Source: Mobula hypostoma
Taxonomy: Eukaryota
Reading direction: 5' to 3'
DNA length: 64,000 bases
Assembly (NCBI RefSeq): GCF_963921235.1
Contig: NC_086097.1
Location: forward strand, 69,566,001 to 69,630,000
Under the pieces are notes generated by a model. The model saw only the letters and a program-made list of their open reading frames with translations, was not told the origin of the DNA and ran no database searches. This document shows positions 1 through 11,115 of this stretch, piece after piece; the first letter of the stretch is position 1, and the number at the start of each line of letters is the position of its first letter. Made by a program: the position numbers and the translations under genes.

Positions 1-1500
1 TTCTGTTATTGTAGAGGATGACAAATCCGTTAAGTAGTTATTTCATGGAGATTGTCGGGTTGATTGTTGCAGAAGCGTTCATTTGTGCAAGTGGAGACAA
101 TGTTATCTCATTTCCAACTTGCACCTTGTAGGGTGGTGGAAAGTCAGGAACTAAGTCAACAGGATACCCACTTCTGCTTTGCTCTTGTGGTCAGAGTACT
201 TATGTAGCTGGTCCAGTTGGGTTTTGAGTTAATGGTCACTTTATATTCAAGGTGGTGATGGTGTGGAATTTAGCAGTGGATATGCTGTTATACGTAGGTG
301 GATATCTAGATCAGTGGTCTCCAACCACCGGGCCGCAAAGCATGTGCTACCGGGCCGCGAGGAAATGATATGATTTGGCGATATGAAACGATATGAGTCA
401 GCTGCACCTTTCCTCATTCCCTGTCACGCCCACTGTTGGAACTTGAACACACACGAGGTCATTACCCACGCCTCATCCATGTCAGCGCGGGAAGAAGATC
501 AACTCCTTGAGCTTGCAAATGACGGTGGGCTGAAAAGTACGTTTGACATAACATCTCTGCCGGCATTCTGGATCAAAGTCAAGGCTGAATATCCTGAGAT
601 AACCACGAAAGCACTGAAAAAGTTGCTTCCATTTCCAACACCATATCTCTGCGAAGCGGGCTTTTCTGCAATGAATGCAACGAAAACTAAGTTGCGGAAT
701 AGACTGGACACAAGGAACCCCCTTCGAGTATCGCTGTCTCCCATCACCCCTCGATGGGACAGTCTTGTTGCAGGGAAACAATCCCAGGGCTCGCACTGAT
801 TCAGCGATATTGGTGTGTTGCAATGATTTTATATGTTCATACAGGGAAAATGTGTGCCGTGTGTTTAATATTAAATTCATTAGATAAACCCTTTTAGAAA
901 TGAAATTGAGTGTGTTAGCCACTTATAAGTGACTTAACAGTTGACTTATCACCTATATTCCAGTCGTGATTAACACGCCGCCCCCCCACTGGTCGGCCGG
1001 TCCGCAAGAATATTGTCAATATTAAACTGGCCTGCGGTGCAAACAAGGTTGGGGACCCCTGGGCTAGATTATCTCTTTACAATGGTAATTGACTGCAACT
1101 TGTGTTAACAACATTAACGCCCTTGGTTTGAAAGCAATCCTGGTATTATGGCATGCAGGCCTTGTCTGTTATATTTTGAGCAGCTGTGAGTGGAACTGGT
1201 CATTGTGCAGTCACTTCTGATTTTACTAGTAGAAGGGATAAAGCAACTGATAATAGATAGGCTGAGGAACTTCTGGATAACACTGCTAGAATTCCAACTA
1301 CCCTCCTTTGTGGATGGTATGACGTCAGCCTGGGAGAGGTTTCCCCTTTCTTGCTGTTTGCTGGGGATCATTGATCCCACATTCTGTCATATGTCATCTT
1401 ATTGTCAAAAAACTGACATTTTGACCATGCCTCTTGGATGTGGTTTTGTTCAGAGGACTGTAGTGTGGTTAGCCACCACATGGTTCTGTTGAAATCCAAA
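1..1500 (-). mobile_element. Old degenerate non-LTR retrotransposon (LINE) RT/3' fragment, split by the hAT element at 312-1061
   Basis: The minus strand near 1180-1300 reads like a decayed RT segment (GIPAVLSRSSSAYLLS...FYP, resembling G.PQGS..GP.LF...NDL). It has many disablements, and the clade could not be assigned by eye. Confidence 0.4.
312..1061 (+). mobile_element. Non-autonomous hAT-Charlie/Buster DNA transposon (750 bp deletion derivative)
   Basis: TIRs CAGTGGTCTCCAACC (312) and GGTTGGGGACCCCTG (ends 1061), 13/15 match. Degenerate 8-bp TSD ATCTAGAT/GGCTAGAT. ORF 383-799 encodes the hAT C-terminal dimerization region (FWIKVKAEYPEI...LLPFPTPYLCEAGFSAM..TKTKLRNRL). Confidence 0.92.
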
Positions 1501-1569
1501 TTGAATCCATATGATTAGGCTGTGTTGCAAGGGCACTTGAAAGCCTACATTAGGAAGCCTTGTTTTGTA

Positions 1570-3000
1570 ATTCTATTATTGGCAACAGTCTCCAGTGGAT
1601 AAGGAGACAAAATTTAGTTTTTCAACGGAGCTCCACATGCCAAACTGTTAAATTTACAGCAATTCTGCTCAATGTTTTGAACTATATGTTATAATTATTG
1701 GTAGCAACAGTGAATAAACACTCACTATGATGGCTTAAGGAATAGGTGGTGCCTTTTGTGAGATTTTGTGGAGCAGTATGGTTTACTGAGAGCAACTTGA
1801 ATTTGCGCTTTTTTCGGTTGTTTTTAAGTCATCAAGATGGGATTACTGCATTTGGTACTTTTGGTTATTGAAAGAGTTAGATGGAAATCTAGCTTGAATA
1901 TTTGGAAAGGATGGAACATCATTGCTGTAAATAGCATCACATTGCTGTAAATAATATCATGGAAGTATTGCTCTCATCTGTAACTGACAAGACAAAGTGG
2001 AAAATATTTTGCTGGGCTCCTTGCAAACATTTGAAGAGTGAGTTAAATGTGTTGAACAGTACCCACATTCATCAGTACAAGCAATTAGAATCAAGATTCA
2101 CATGAAACTTGTGGATTTAGCGCTAGTTGCTGAATTTTGCAAGTATTGTGCAAGTGAGGAGAGGTTTTTAATATATTGGCCATGTGTGTACTCAAGGCAG
2201 GCTGCTTAGCAAGAAGTCTGATTTTCAAGCTGGTGTTTTATGTGGTTGTGGCAATGCAGCTTACTATCATACAAGCAAAAGTTTTGTACTGAAACCCGGA
2301 AAGATCAGTGTACTAACAATTTACAGTCTGGATCTATGGTATTATTGGGATAAAGGACAGAAATTAGTTGAGAGGTAGATGTTGCAGCAGGCAATGTTGA
2401 GCAATCTTGTTTACCATAATTGCAGTTTCAAAGGTTATGTCTGAATAGTTTGCACAAAGTTGCAGTGAAAACATGGCAAAATCTGGCAACCAAACATTGC
2501 AAAATGTCTTGCTAACAAAAGACATCATACACATGAACTAGGTCCAAAGAGCTAGTGAAGTTGAATAGATTGTATAGTTATCATGTCAGCTTAGAACATT
2601 TTTATGAGTGAGAAATTGTCTTCATGGAAATTTACACTGGTGCAGTATTGGTAATTTTATGAACAGGAATGAAAGTGTTATTGGCCAGGCAGTACGCTGA
2701 AACTTGACTCATCATTCACCATCTTTTATACCTACACTGGGAAAACAATCAAGCGATGAATGAAGTTCATGAGAAATGAAGCAAAGCTCCTGGTTGTGAT
2801 TGTTTTAGGGTAGCTCGAACTGGCTGACACTGGTGTAAGTTAATTAGGAGAGCCCAAGAGCGTCAGAAAATTGTTACAACATCTGTACCTGGCAAGCACC
2901 TCAGGGGATTTATGATGAACTTTGAAGAATTCGAGCCATGACAGCAAAAATTCACCTGAAGGAGAATGCCACATGTAATTTTAAAAAAATCAATGTATTG
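1570..3000 (+). mobile_element. Ancient Gypsy (Mag-like) LTR retrotransposon remnant, gag/protease region
   Basis: Scattered decayed motifs across frames: YLERMEH (~1900), VAEFCKY (~2130), a knuckle-like HNCSFKGYV..VC (~2420), YTYTGKTIK (~2730) and SNWL (~2815). No LTRs identified. Confidence 0.45.
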
Positions 3001-3439
3001 AGTGACTCAGCATCAGCATTTTTCTTTCTTGCACTCATCCATCTCCTATATAAAGTTCTTAAATGCAAATAACTACAATTAACAAACCAGTGCACAGCCA
3101 CATTTAATTCATTCAGTCTCTCTTGAACTGCATCCCATCACAGACATTCCCAATGTTCTCTCCACTCCTTTCCTCTTAAATTTGATTTCTAATTTGTACA
3201 AGTTCTGAAGGATCATAAACCTGAAATACCTGTTGCGTCCTGTTTGAGGTGACACTGGTGAAGCAAAGTGACTACTTGCTGGTAGCAAGCAAAATTATAA
3301 ATTACTGTATCTATTACACTTTTTCTTGGATACAATCACTGTAATCAGTAGCCTGTAACTTCCCTTTCAGAGTTGAGTTTTTGAACTGCCTGTATGACCT
3401 GGTATTTTTGCGCCGTGAACTGACATTTGAAGATGCAGG

Positions 3440-4143
3440 ACAGTTGAGGTGTGGTGTGTTCAGGCCAAATTGAGGCAGCAGGGTCTGGGCCCAGGAGTGG
3501 GGAATGAGACAACTTTTGGTCATTGCTGGCGAAGAGTTGGTGGTTATTCAATGTGGTAGAACCAAGGTGAGGCAATACAGAGTCAAGGCAGCAGAGCCCA
3601 GGCCTGAGAGCAAAGGACGACCCTTAGTTTGTTCGATTTAAGCAAAGGGATGAATTGAGGTGGCAGGACCCGGGCCCAAAAGTGTACCAAGGCAGAAATG
3701 GCTGGGCCCAAGAGTATAGCAAAGCAGCAGGGACTGGGTCCGAGAGCAAAGGAACGGCCCAAGGTTAGGACAATTTAAGCACCGGGCCAGATTGAAAAGG
3801 TCAATGTGTCGGGGCTGGAGGTGAGTGACGAGCTGGTTCAGCTGGCTACTCTGCAAAGTTTTACTCTTTTCTGCAATGAACTGAGGCTGTGGGCTGCAAC
3901 TAATGAGCTCCTTAATCAGCTGCAGTGATGACTGGTTTAGTGGATGTGGATTCACTTTTGCCAACTTCGGTTCTGAATGTTATTGACATGATTTGTGTTT
4001 CTTTTTCTGTACATTGGGTGTTTGACAGTCACTTTTTAATGGGTTCTTTTGGGTTTCTTTGTTTTGTGGCTGCCTGTAAGGAGATGAATCTCAAGGTTGT
4101 ATATAGTATACATACTTTGATAATACATGTACTGTGAACTTTG
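3440..4143 (+). mobile_element. Non-autonomous retroposon with ...ACATACTTTGATAATA(A/C)ATGTACT.TGAA(T)CTTTGA tail
   Basis: The 3' tail at ~4095-4143 matches the reverse complement of the tail at ~50221-50270. GC-rich body with internal GGGCCCAAG/GAGAGCAAAGGA repeats. Confidence 0.55.
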
Positions 4144-4339
4144 AGTATTTCTCATAGTTTGTGGGTTTTGTTGCTACACAGCTGTTCACAGCATGCCTAC
4201 ACCTTAACAAGCTGATAGGAAATGGGTATCAATGAACCAGTTAAGGTTTATAATGGGGCTACTCTTTTTTTTGTTTTAGAGGATATAGGAAGAAGAAAAC
4301 TAGGAATCAGGGGGAATCTGTGAAGATAATGAAACAGCA

Positions 4340-4850
4340 AGATGCTTCTACCAGAGGGATAGCATCTCTGGTCAAGGGGCTTGTTGTGTCCATTCTGGGG
4401 CAGCTCACTCAACTTTGGTCCCCACCGAAAATTCAGCTCTCACCTGTGGCTCCAGGTAGCTGTTTGCATGTGACAGTGGCCACACTGGGATATTCATTTC
4501 AACAGGCAGGCTAAACCAGGTGAGGGTAGCCAGCAGGCCTCGTACCCTGGTGAAATTGGGATATGCCTGTCCTAATATGTGAAGTCAGCTCTGGTGGATT
4601 GGGTGGATGAAATCTAACGGCGGTGAAAGCAGTTCTGTAATGCTTCGTGAAGAGTGGGAGGGCATGATAAGGCACAGAAGTCATGGTTATTCACTGTTAC
4701 CAAGGAAGCCCCCAGTTTGTGTCGACTACCCATACCACTGCATCCAGACTTGTGAGGTCAAAAGAGTGCAACTGTCCCAGTGTGACGGGTTTTCCACTTT
4801 TAAAACCTTTCACACAGTTTTACTGTCATTCGTCAGATATGACAACCAAC
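4340..4850 (+). mobile_element. Probable 5' UTR fragment of an RTE-type LINE
   Basis: GC-balanced structured segment with CTCTCACCTG...GCTAAACCAGGTGAGGGTAGCC that resembles RTE 5' ends. The assignment comes from recalled resemblance only. Confidence 0.35.
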
Positions 4851-5875
4851 ATGCTGCTGTGTTCTTTTAATTGACTGCAAATGAACAAAATTAGCATAGA
4901 CATCAGATACCGGACTGCTTTCATACAATGCTTTCAATGATTGCATCCTCCAAATCTTCATTTTCATTGTAACATTCAAGATGATTGTAAACACTTTCAA
5001 AATTCTTTGTTGTACCTATCTTGCTGAAGTAGTGAAATTGTTCATTTTTCACACCTGGCTGTTTCTGGCCTAAATGCCTGAAACTGCAGTGAACAAAACA
5101 GTTCTAAATTGTCTTGCTGCTCATTTCTTGCCAACTATCAGTGACAAAAATCACTGCCTTTTGAACACAAACACATGCAACTGAAGCTATTTAAAAACTG
5201 TTCGCTGTCAGTGTGCTGTAGCATCTAACGGCCACACAAATATGTGTGACTAATGCTAGTTAGAAACCATTCAAAAAGACTTTCTAACTGGATAGCTAAA
5301 CTGGAGAAAATTCTAACTGGTTGCATCACCTTCTGTTATGGAGGAGCCACTGCACAGGATCAGAAAACACAACAGAAAGTTGTAAACACAGTTTGCTCCA
5401 TCATAGGCACTATCCTCCCCAGGAGCCAGGACACTTTAAAAAGGCAGCATCTATCACTAAGGATCTCCACTACCCAGGACACATCCTCTCATTGCTACCT
5501 TCAAGAAGGAGGTACAGAAGCCTGAAGACACACACTCAATTCAGGAAAAGCTTCTTCCCCTCTGCCCTTAGATTTCTGAATGGACAATGAACCCATGAAC
5601 ACTTTCTTTTCCCTCCTCTCTTTTTGCACAACTTAATTAATTTATTGTAGTTTATTAGTATGGATTGCAATGTATTTCTGGTGCAAAACAAAATATTTCA
5701 TGACATATGTTGGTATATTAAACCTGTTTCTGATTCATTCTCCTTCTCCAGTTAAGTGGTACAGTGTCCTAAATAAATGGAGGGAATCCTGGCTATTTTC
5801 TTCATTAGTTTTTATTTGGTCCCAAATAAGCGGCTGCCCCGGTAAACTGATGGACTAATTAACCGGAATCCACTG
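4850..5875. mobile_element. Tigger/pogo-type non-autonomous DNA transposon (copy 1), interrupted by a Rex1 3' end
   Basis: Terminus AATTAACCGGAATCCACTG|TA at 5857-5877. The body is colinear with the copy at 45753-46612 (GACTG.AAATGAACAAAAT...CTCCAAATCTTCATT.TCATTGTAACATTCAA). Confidence 0.75.
5300..5735 (+). mobile_element. Rex1/Babar LINE 3' end
   Basis: Decayed ...ILTGCITFCYG.ATAQDQK..QKVV and HPGH.L.SLLPS.RRYRSLKT.T..FRKSFFPSA.R.LN C-terminus. Ends with ATTAAACCTG.TTCTGATTC, as does the copy ending near 52650. Confidence 0.75.
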
Positions 5876-5879
5876 TATA

Positions 5880-6660
5880 TGAAAAGGTTCAAAATAGTTG
5901 ATGATAAATAAGACTGGTTGCATCTGGTCCAAACAAATGCATCAAGATCATAAGGAAATTGTTGTGTCAACTGTAACTGACGAGTAACTATGATGAACTT
6001 TGAAGAATTTAAGCTATGACTCACCCTGAAGAATAATATCATATGTGACAAGCTTACTTGGAACTTCAATTATTAAAGAGGTTTCTCCCATTTTTAAGTA
6101 AAGTGTCAGGACTTCTGCATGAATAGTTGATTCACAAGACAAAGTGGAGATTCATGAATAAGAGTTGGAGTAATTTCTGCTGTTCTTGTTCATTATGCTG
6201 CAGTAAAGGGGTTACTGCAATTTTATGATGAATTGTCACCTGGTATTTCATTTGGTCTGATTGTATTGAGATAAACAGTTTTACATTAAAGTAATTTTTG
6301 AAAGCAGATCAAAATACTTACAAATATACAAGGTTTAGCTTCTATTTACAGTCTAATAATATTTACAAGTACCTCTATGACAAGAAAAGTGCATTTTTTT
6401 ATAACTCACAAACCTCTGGAGAATACTTTGTGCGACATCAAGAAGAACCTTGGACGACACCTGGAAGGAGTGCATATATGGGAATTAACATTGTCCATGT
6501 GCAAATACATTCAGGAATGTACAGGTGTCCAAACAGCATATGTTCATGCTAAGTCAACTGCCATTTGGTGAACCACTATGAGATATCAGTACTGATGAGA
6601 TGGTTTCATGGATACAATACATGACTTACACTTCAGCTATGAACCAACAAATTTCTCCCA
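5880..6660 (+). mobile_element. Ancient Gypsy pol remnant (RNase H-like segment)
   Basis: THKPLE...WELTLS..KY...MLSQLP across frames at ~6400-6565 resembles the Gypsy RNase H TDHKPL...RWAL.LS.Y.Y...ADALSRLP. Shares a short diverged duplicate with ~2910-2980. Confidence 0.45.
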
Positions 6661-6686
6661 TTACGTGATCAACCTCTTTCAAAAGT

Positions 6687-7330
6687 ACATAGAAATCTAC
6701 AGCACGTTATAGGCCCTTCGGCCCACAATGTTCTGCCGACCCTGTAATCTACTCTAGAAACTGCCTAGAATTTCCCTACTGTATAGCCCTCTATTTTCCT
6801 AAGCTCCATGTAGCTCTAAGAGTCTCTTAAAAGACCCTATTGTATCCACCCCTATCTCTCGCTGGCAGTGCATTCCATGCACCCACCACTTCCTGCGTGA
6901 AAAATTTACCTCTGACATCCCACTTGTACCTACTTCTAAGCATCTTAAAACTATGCCCCCTCATGTTAGTCATTTCAGCTCTGGGAAAAAGCCTCCAGTT
7001 ATCCACACGATCAATGCCTCTCATCATCTTATACACCTCTATCAAAATCTTTCAGCCTGTGAAAAATTAATTTCAGTCCTGAATAGATTGCCTCTTATTT
7101 TAAACAGTAACTCCTTGTTCTAAGTTCTTAACTAGGGGAAACATTCTCCCCAAGTCTAGCCCATGGAACCTTCTAAGAATTTTGTACATTCCAATGAAAT
7201 CACCTTTCATTCTTCCAAATTTTAGTGAACAAAAAAATAGTTTACTCGCTCTCTCCTCCTATGACATCCCAGAAACAAGTCTGATGCATCTTTGCTCTAA
7301 TCTTCTATAGCATTTTAAGGTCAGAAGACC
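6687..7330 (-). mobile_element. CR1 LINE 3' end fragments
   Basis: ORF 6827-7045(-) IEVYKMMRGIDRVD...LFP....RGHSFK.....DVRGKFFTQ.VV.AWNALP is the typical CR1 ORF2 C-terminus. An older CR1 piece follows to ~7330. Confidence 0.85.
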
Positions 7331-7648
7331 AAATGCTTCTCTTCTGTCTGTAACTATGCTGTGAATCGCAACAGCTATTCAGAGGCATATGAACATCTTT
7401 CAGCAATATGTACTTCCCTGCTTCTTAGCTCCACCTAAAGCCAAGATCCTTTCAGAACTCATATCATTCCTTACAAATACTGCCATCTGAGCTTTTGTTT
7501 TTTTTTGTTTGCCTCTCTAAGGACTCTGAATGAATTGATTCCCATCTAAGGTATCCCTGAAGCCACATCTTGTAACAGCAGTTAGATCTTAGTCCTTTCC
7601 CATCACCAATTTATCTCCCCTGCTGCAGATGCAAAGTGCGTTTAAATA

Positions 7649-8135
7649 CAGTGGATTCTGGTTAATTGGGACAACTGCTTATTTGGGACTCTTAAAGAAT
7701 AATAATCGAGAAAGTTGCCAGGATTCCCTTAGTTTACTGGGGACATTATGCTGCTAAAATTGGGGCAGGAGATTGCTGCCAAACAGTTTCTAACTAGTGT
7801 CAGTCGCATGCACTTGTGTGGCTGTTAAGACACTACACAGTGCTTAGAGCAAATTGTTTTCAAAAGCATCGGTTGCATACACTTATGTTCAAAAGGTAGT
7901 GATTTTTGTCACTGATAACTGGCGAGAAATAAGCATTAAGACAATTGAGAGCTGCTTTGCTCACTGTGGTTCAAGCATTCAGACTTGGAGGTGCCAGAAA
8001 TGGACCGGACAGAAAAATGAAACTATTTTGCTACTTCAACAAGTTAGAAACTATGAAGATAGAGACAATCATCTTGAATGTTGCAACAAAAATGAATTTA
8101 TGAAGATGGCTGATTTTGTTCATTTGTGGAACAAA
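7649..8135 (+). mobile_element. Tigger/pogo-type element (copy 2, truncated, inverted relative to copies 1 and 3)
   Basis: TA|CAGTGGATTCTGGTTAATTGGG terminus at 7647-7670. Encodes the Tigger C-terminal motif DNWREISIKTIESCFAHCG. Confidence 0.75.
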
Positions 8136-8429
8136 ATCAGTGGGATCCTAAATTCCTCTGCTTGGTGAAAGCCGAGAGGTAAACTCGTGTGAAATGGGAC
8201 AGATGCTGGTAAGTGCCAGAAGGGAAATGTTACAACAGCACTGATGTGATTAAAGGCGGCGTGAGAGCAGATGGGATGCAGACAGACGCTTGAAAAGAGA
8301 ATCATTTTCGCTGGAAGACGTATCGTATGGAGGTAATTATTCGTCTTATGGTTGAGGCCGGGTATTAACCTATCCAGTGGAATGGTGATCGAGAAAGGGA
8401 AAAGTGAGAAAACAGTTTTAAACACCTCA

Positions 8430-9130
8430 CGAAAAACGCACACTGTTTGACGCTTGAGGGCGACTGCGGCTATTTGCGACGCTCCCTGATCCGAGAGGAA
8501 GGAGCCGACACTGCGCCTCCGCCGCATTACGTGCCCGAGAGACCGGGGCCGGCCGCAGGATCGGACGCTGTTTCGGCCTCGTACGATTTATCCAATCCCT
8601 GGGACCCGGTGAGGAATAGCGTCAGGGGGGCTGCGGCGAGCTCCAGGCCGAGGATAAGACCATAGTTGGTCTGGACTCCGAGAGCCGGTGAGTGAAGTGG
8701 AAAATGGGGAAGGTGTCGGGCTCCCGGGGAGGGGAGGCCCGGTGCGACCCGCTGATTGCCCTTCACGTCCTCATCGCCTCTCCGGGGGCCTAGCGCGGCA
8801 GCGGCGGTCGGCAGTCAGGCCTCCTCGCCGGGAGTATCCCTTCTCGCCACCGGGTTGCGAACGACCTGGCCGATAAGCGGCCGCTCCGAGACCGCGGTGG
8901 CCGAGGCTCGTCCCGGACTCAGCTCTTTGTGTGTGGGGAAGGCGGCCGAGCCGCTGCTCGGTGACTCAGGTTTTTTCTTCCCTTAAGTCGAGAGGTCCAC
9001 CAGTTGGGCTGGCAGCGCGGTCACGACCTTCCGCCAGAGCTGCGGTGAGCATCCCGGAGGCCAGGCCTAGGCCTGTGTGTTTTTTCCGACGTTACTGGGC
9101 GGCCAGAGGTTAGGCTGAGCCTGGCTGTCC
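8430..9130 (+). promoter_or_regulatory. HECTD1: CpG island / HECTD1 promoter and probable non-coding first exon (donor CCG|GTGAGT at 8687/8688)
   Basis: Abrupt GC- and CpG-rich block in AT-rich DNA, 0.3-1 kb upstream of the start codon. Consensus donor at 8688; CCAAT at 8592-8596. The TSS cannot be located from sequence. Confidence 0.8.
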
Positions 9131-9459
9131 AATTAAAGTGACAGTGCAGTCGAATCCAGTCCTGAGCTGCCACTTCAATGGCGACTTGGACCTGAAGAGA
9201 GCTTGGGGGGAGGGGAGTGGTGCATCAATTTGGGGAGAAAATCACTTTCTGTTAACCTTTCATGTTAGCTGTTTAAAGCTGCAGCCAGTTGTACGTGAAT
9301 AGTTGAAGTTAACAATTAGTTTGCTATCGATCAGGTTTGTTTTCACTAACCGTGAATTTACGGTCATCTGTCTCTCTCCAGTGACTTTCTTATCTGCCTG
9401 TCCCTTTAACTCGAGAGAAGAACATTGGGAATACAATTACATATTGAAGCGGCCTCAGC

Positions 9460-9599
9460 ATGGCCGATGTGGATCCCGATACGTTGTTAGAATGGCTGCA
9501 GATGGGCCAGGGCGACGAAAGGGACATGCAGCTGATAGCATTGGAACAGCTGTGTATGCTCCTTCTTATGTCCGATAACGTGGACCGTTGTTTTGAAAC
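9460..9599 (+). CDS. HECTD1: HECTD1 coding exon 1 (exon probably starts 9382, with 5' UTR)
   Basis: CAGC-ATG-G; translates [46 protein letters not shown](T), the HECTD1 N-terminus. Donor AC|GTAAGT, phase 2. Upstream acceptor TCTCTCTCCAG (9381) with branch-like CACTAAC at 9344-9350. Confidence 0.98.
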
Positions 9600-10224
9600 G
9601 TAAGTAAAGCTGATAATTGCTGGTTTTGCTTTTAGTTCACTTTTACTGCCTACTAGATTTCAACATTTTTTTATTGCTCAATGGTGGTTTGTTTTTTCAA
9701 TCGCTTATTTGTGAGATTTATTTCAGAAGAGAGGTCAAGACTATTTAAGTACTCTGAATCCTAAAATTATTTCTGATTTACAATTCTATGTCAAAGGAAG
9801 TCCCTCAATGTTTTATGTTGAAAAGAAATGCATTATTTTGCAGGACTGGGGATGTTTAAAGCATTCTGAGTAGCAGAAGTACTGCAGACAGCATTGCCTG
9901 GAACTATGAATATTTCTGGCCTCATTTAAAAACTGGAAGTTGGAAGTTTATTTTTTTTGTGTAGGAACATTAAAAATACAACTCTTTGAAAGTCAGATGA
10001 TCTTGTTTTGAGCATGTCTTGCTTAAGATATTGGACTTCCTGCCAGTTGAGATATTCAAGAATGTAGCTTTAGACCTACATGCTTAGAGTAGAACTAGAT
10101 ATCATTTTTTATTATCTGAGCCAAATCCTGTAGTCCACTGGAAGGTTAAACAAAGCAAAATGAGTGTTCTCTTTCCAGATTGGCATCCCTAGCTTTGAGA
10201 TATTCATTGCACTCAGTCATCTTT

Positions 10225-10760
10225 CATCATCATCCGGGATGTAATGTTGAGACATTATAAAGCACTTGGAATATTGTGAGCAGTTTTGGGTCCCTTAGAA
10301 AGGATGTGCTGAAACTGGAGAGGCTTGTCACATGAAGAGCATTTGAGAGCTACGGGCTGGAATTCGCTTGAATTCAGAAGAATGAAAGGTGGCCTTATTG
10401 AAACCGATTGAATGGGGAAAGGGCCTTGATAGAGTGAGGGTGGAGAGGATGTTTCCTATGGTGAGAGTCTAGGACCAGAGGACACAGCCTCAGAATAGAG
10501 GGGTGTAATTTTAGAATAGAGATGAGGAGGACTATCTTTAACCAGGGAGTGGTAATCTGTGAAATTCTTTGCCATGGGCAGCAGCGGAGGCCAAGTCTTT
10601 ATATTTAAGGCAAAGGTTGATAGATTCTTGGTTAGTTAGGGCATGAGGAGATATGGGGAGATGGCAGGAGATTGGGGATGAGAGGAAAATTAGATCAGCC
10701 ATGATGAAGCAGACTCGATGGGCCAAATGGCCTAATTCTGCTCCTGTGTCTTATGGGTTT
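10225..10760 (+). mobile_element. CR1 LINE 3' end
   Basis: Decayed CR1 C-terminal coding and 3' UTR (...GGGCCAAATGGCCTAATTCTGCTCCTGTGTCTTATGG). Same family as the inverted copy at 55060-55700. Confidence 0.85.
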
Positions 10761-10964
10761 ACCTTTGTTGGCAGGCTACGCTGTTGTATGCATGATATTA
10801 TGTCTGCATGTTGGAAACATCTGCAGGTCAGGAAGCAACTGGTCCAAGACCCTTGTTGAAATTATTCATGATGGTGGGAATGTGAGGTGAAGGGAGGCCT
10901 GTATTCAAAAGAGATTTGGCAAATGAGAGGTCTCATTGAAATAGACAAAATACTGATGGGAAAG

Positions 10965-11115
10965 TAAAAATAAACTACAGATTCTGGAAATCTGAAATAA
11001 AAGCAGAAAATGCTGGATACCTCAACAGGTCAGGCAGCATTTGTGGAAATAGGGAGTTAAGTTAGGTGATAGATTTGAAAGAACTTCAGGTCAGAAATCT
11101 TTCATCAGAGCTGTT
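10965..11115 (-). mobile_element. Degenerate Penelope-associated terminal repeat
   Basis: CAGATTCTGGAAATCTG...AATGCTGGATACCTCAACAGGTCAGGCAGCAT...TTCATCAG is similar to the left arm of the 53737-53966 element. Confidence 0.55.

Noticed and set aside
8120..9113. Several 60-135 aa ORFs in the CpG island as a divergent or upstream gene
   Set aside because: Expected stop-poor frames in GC-rich DNA, mostly non-ATG starts, no recognisable protein similarity.
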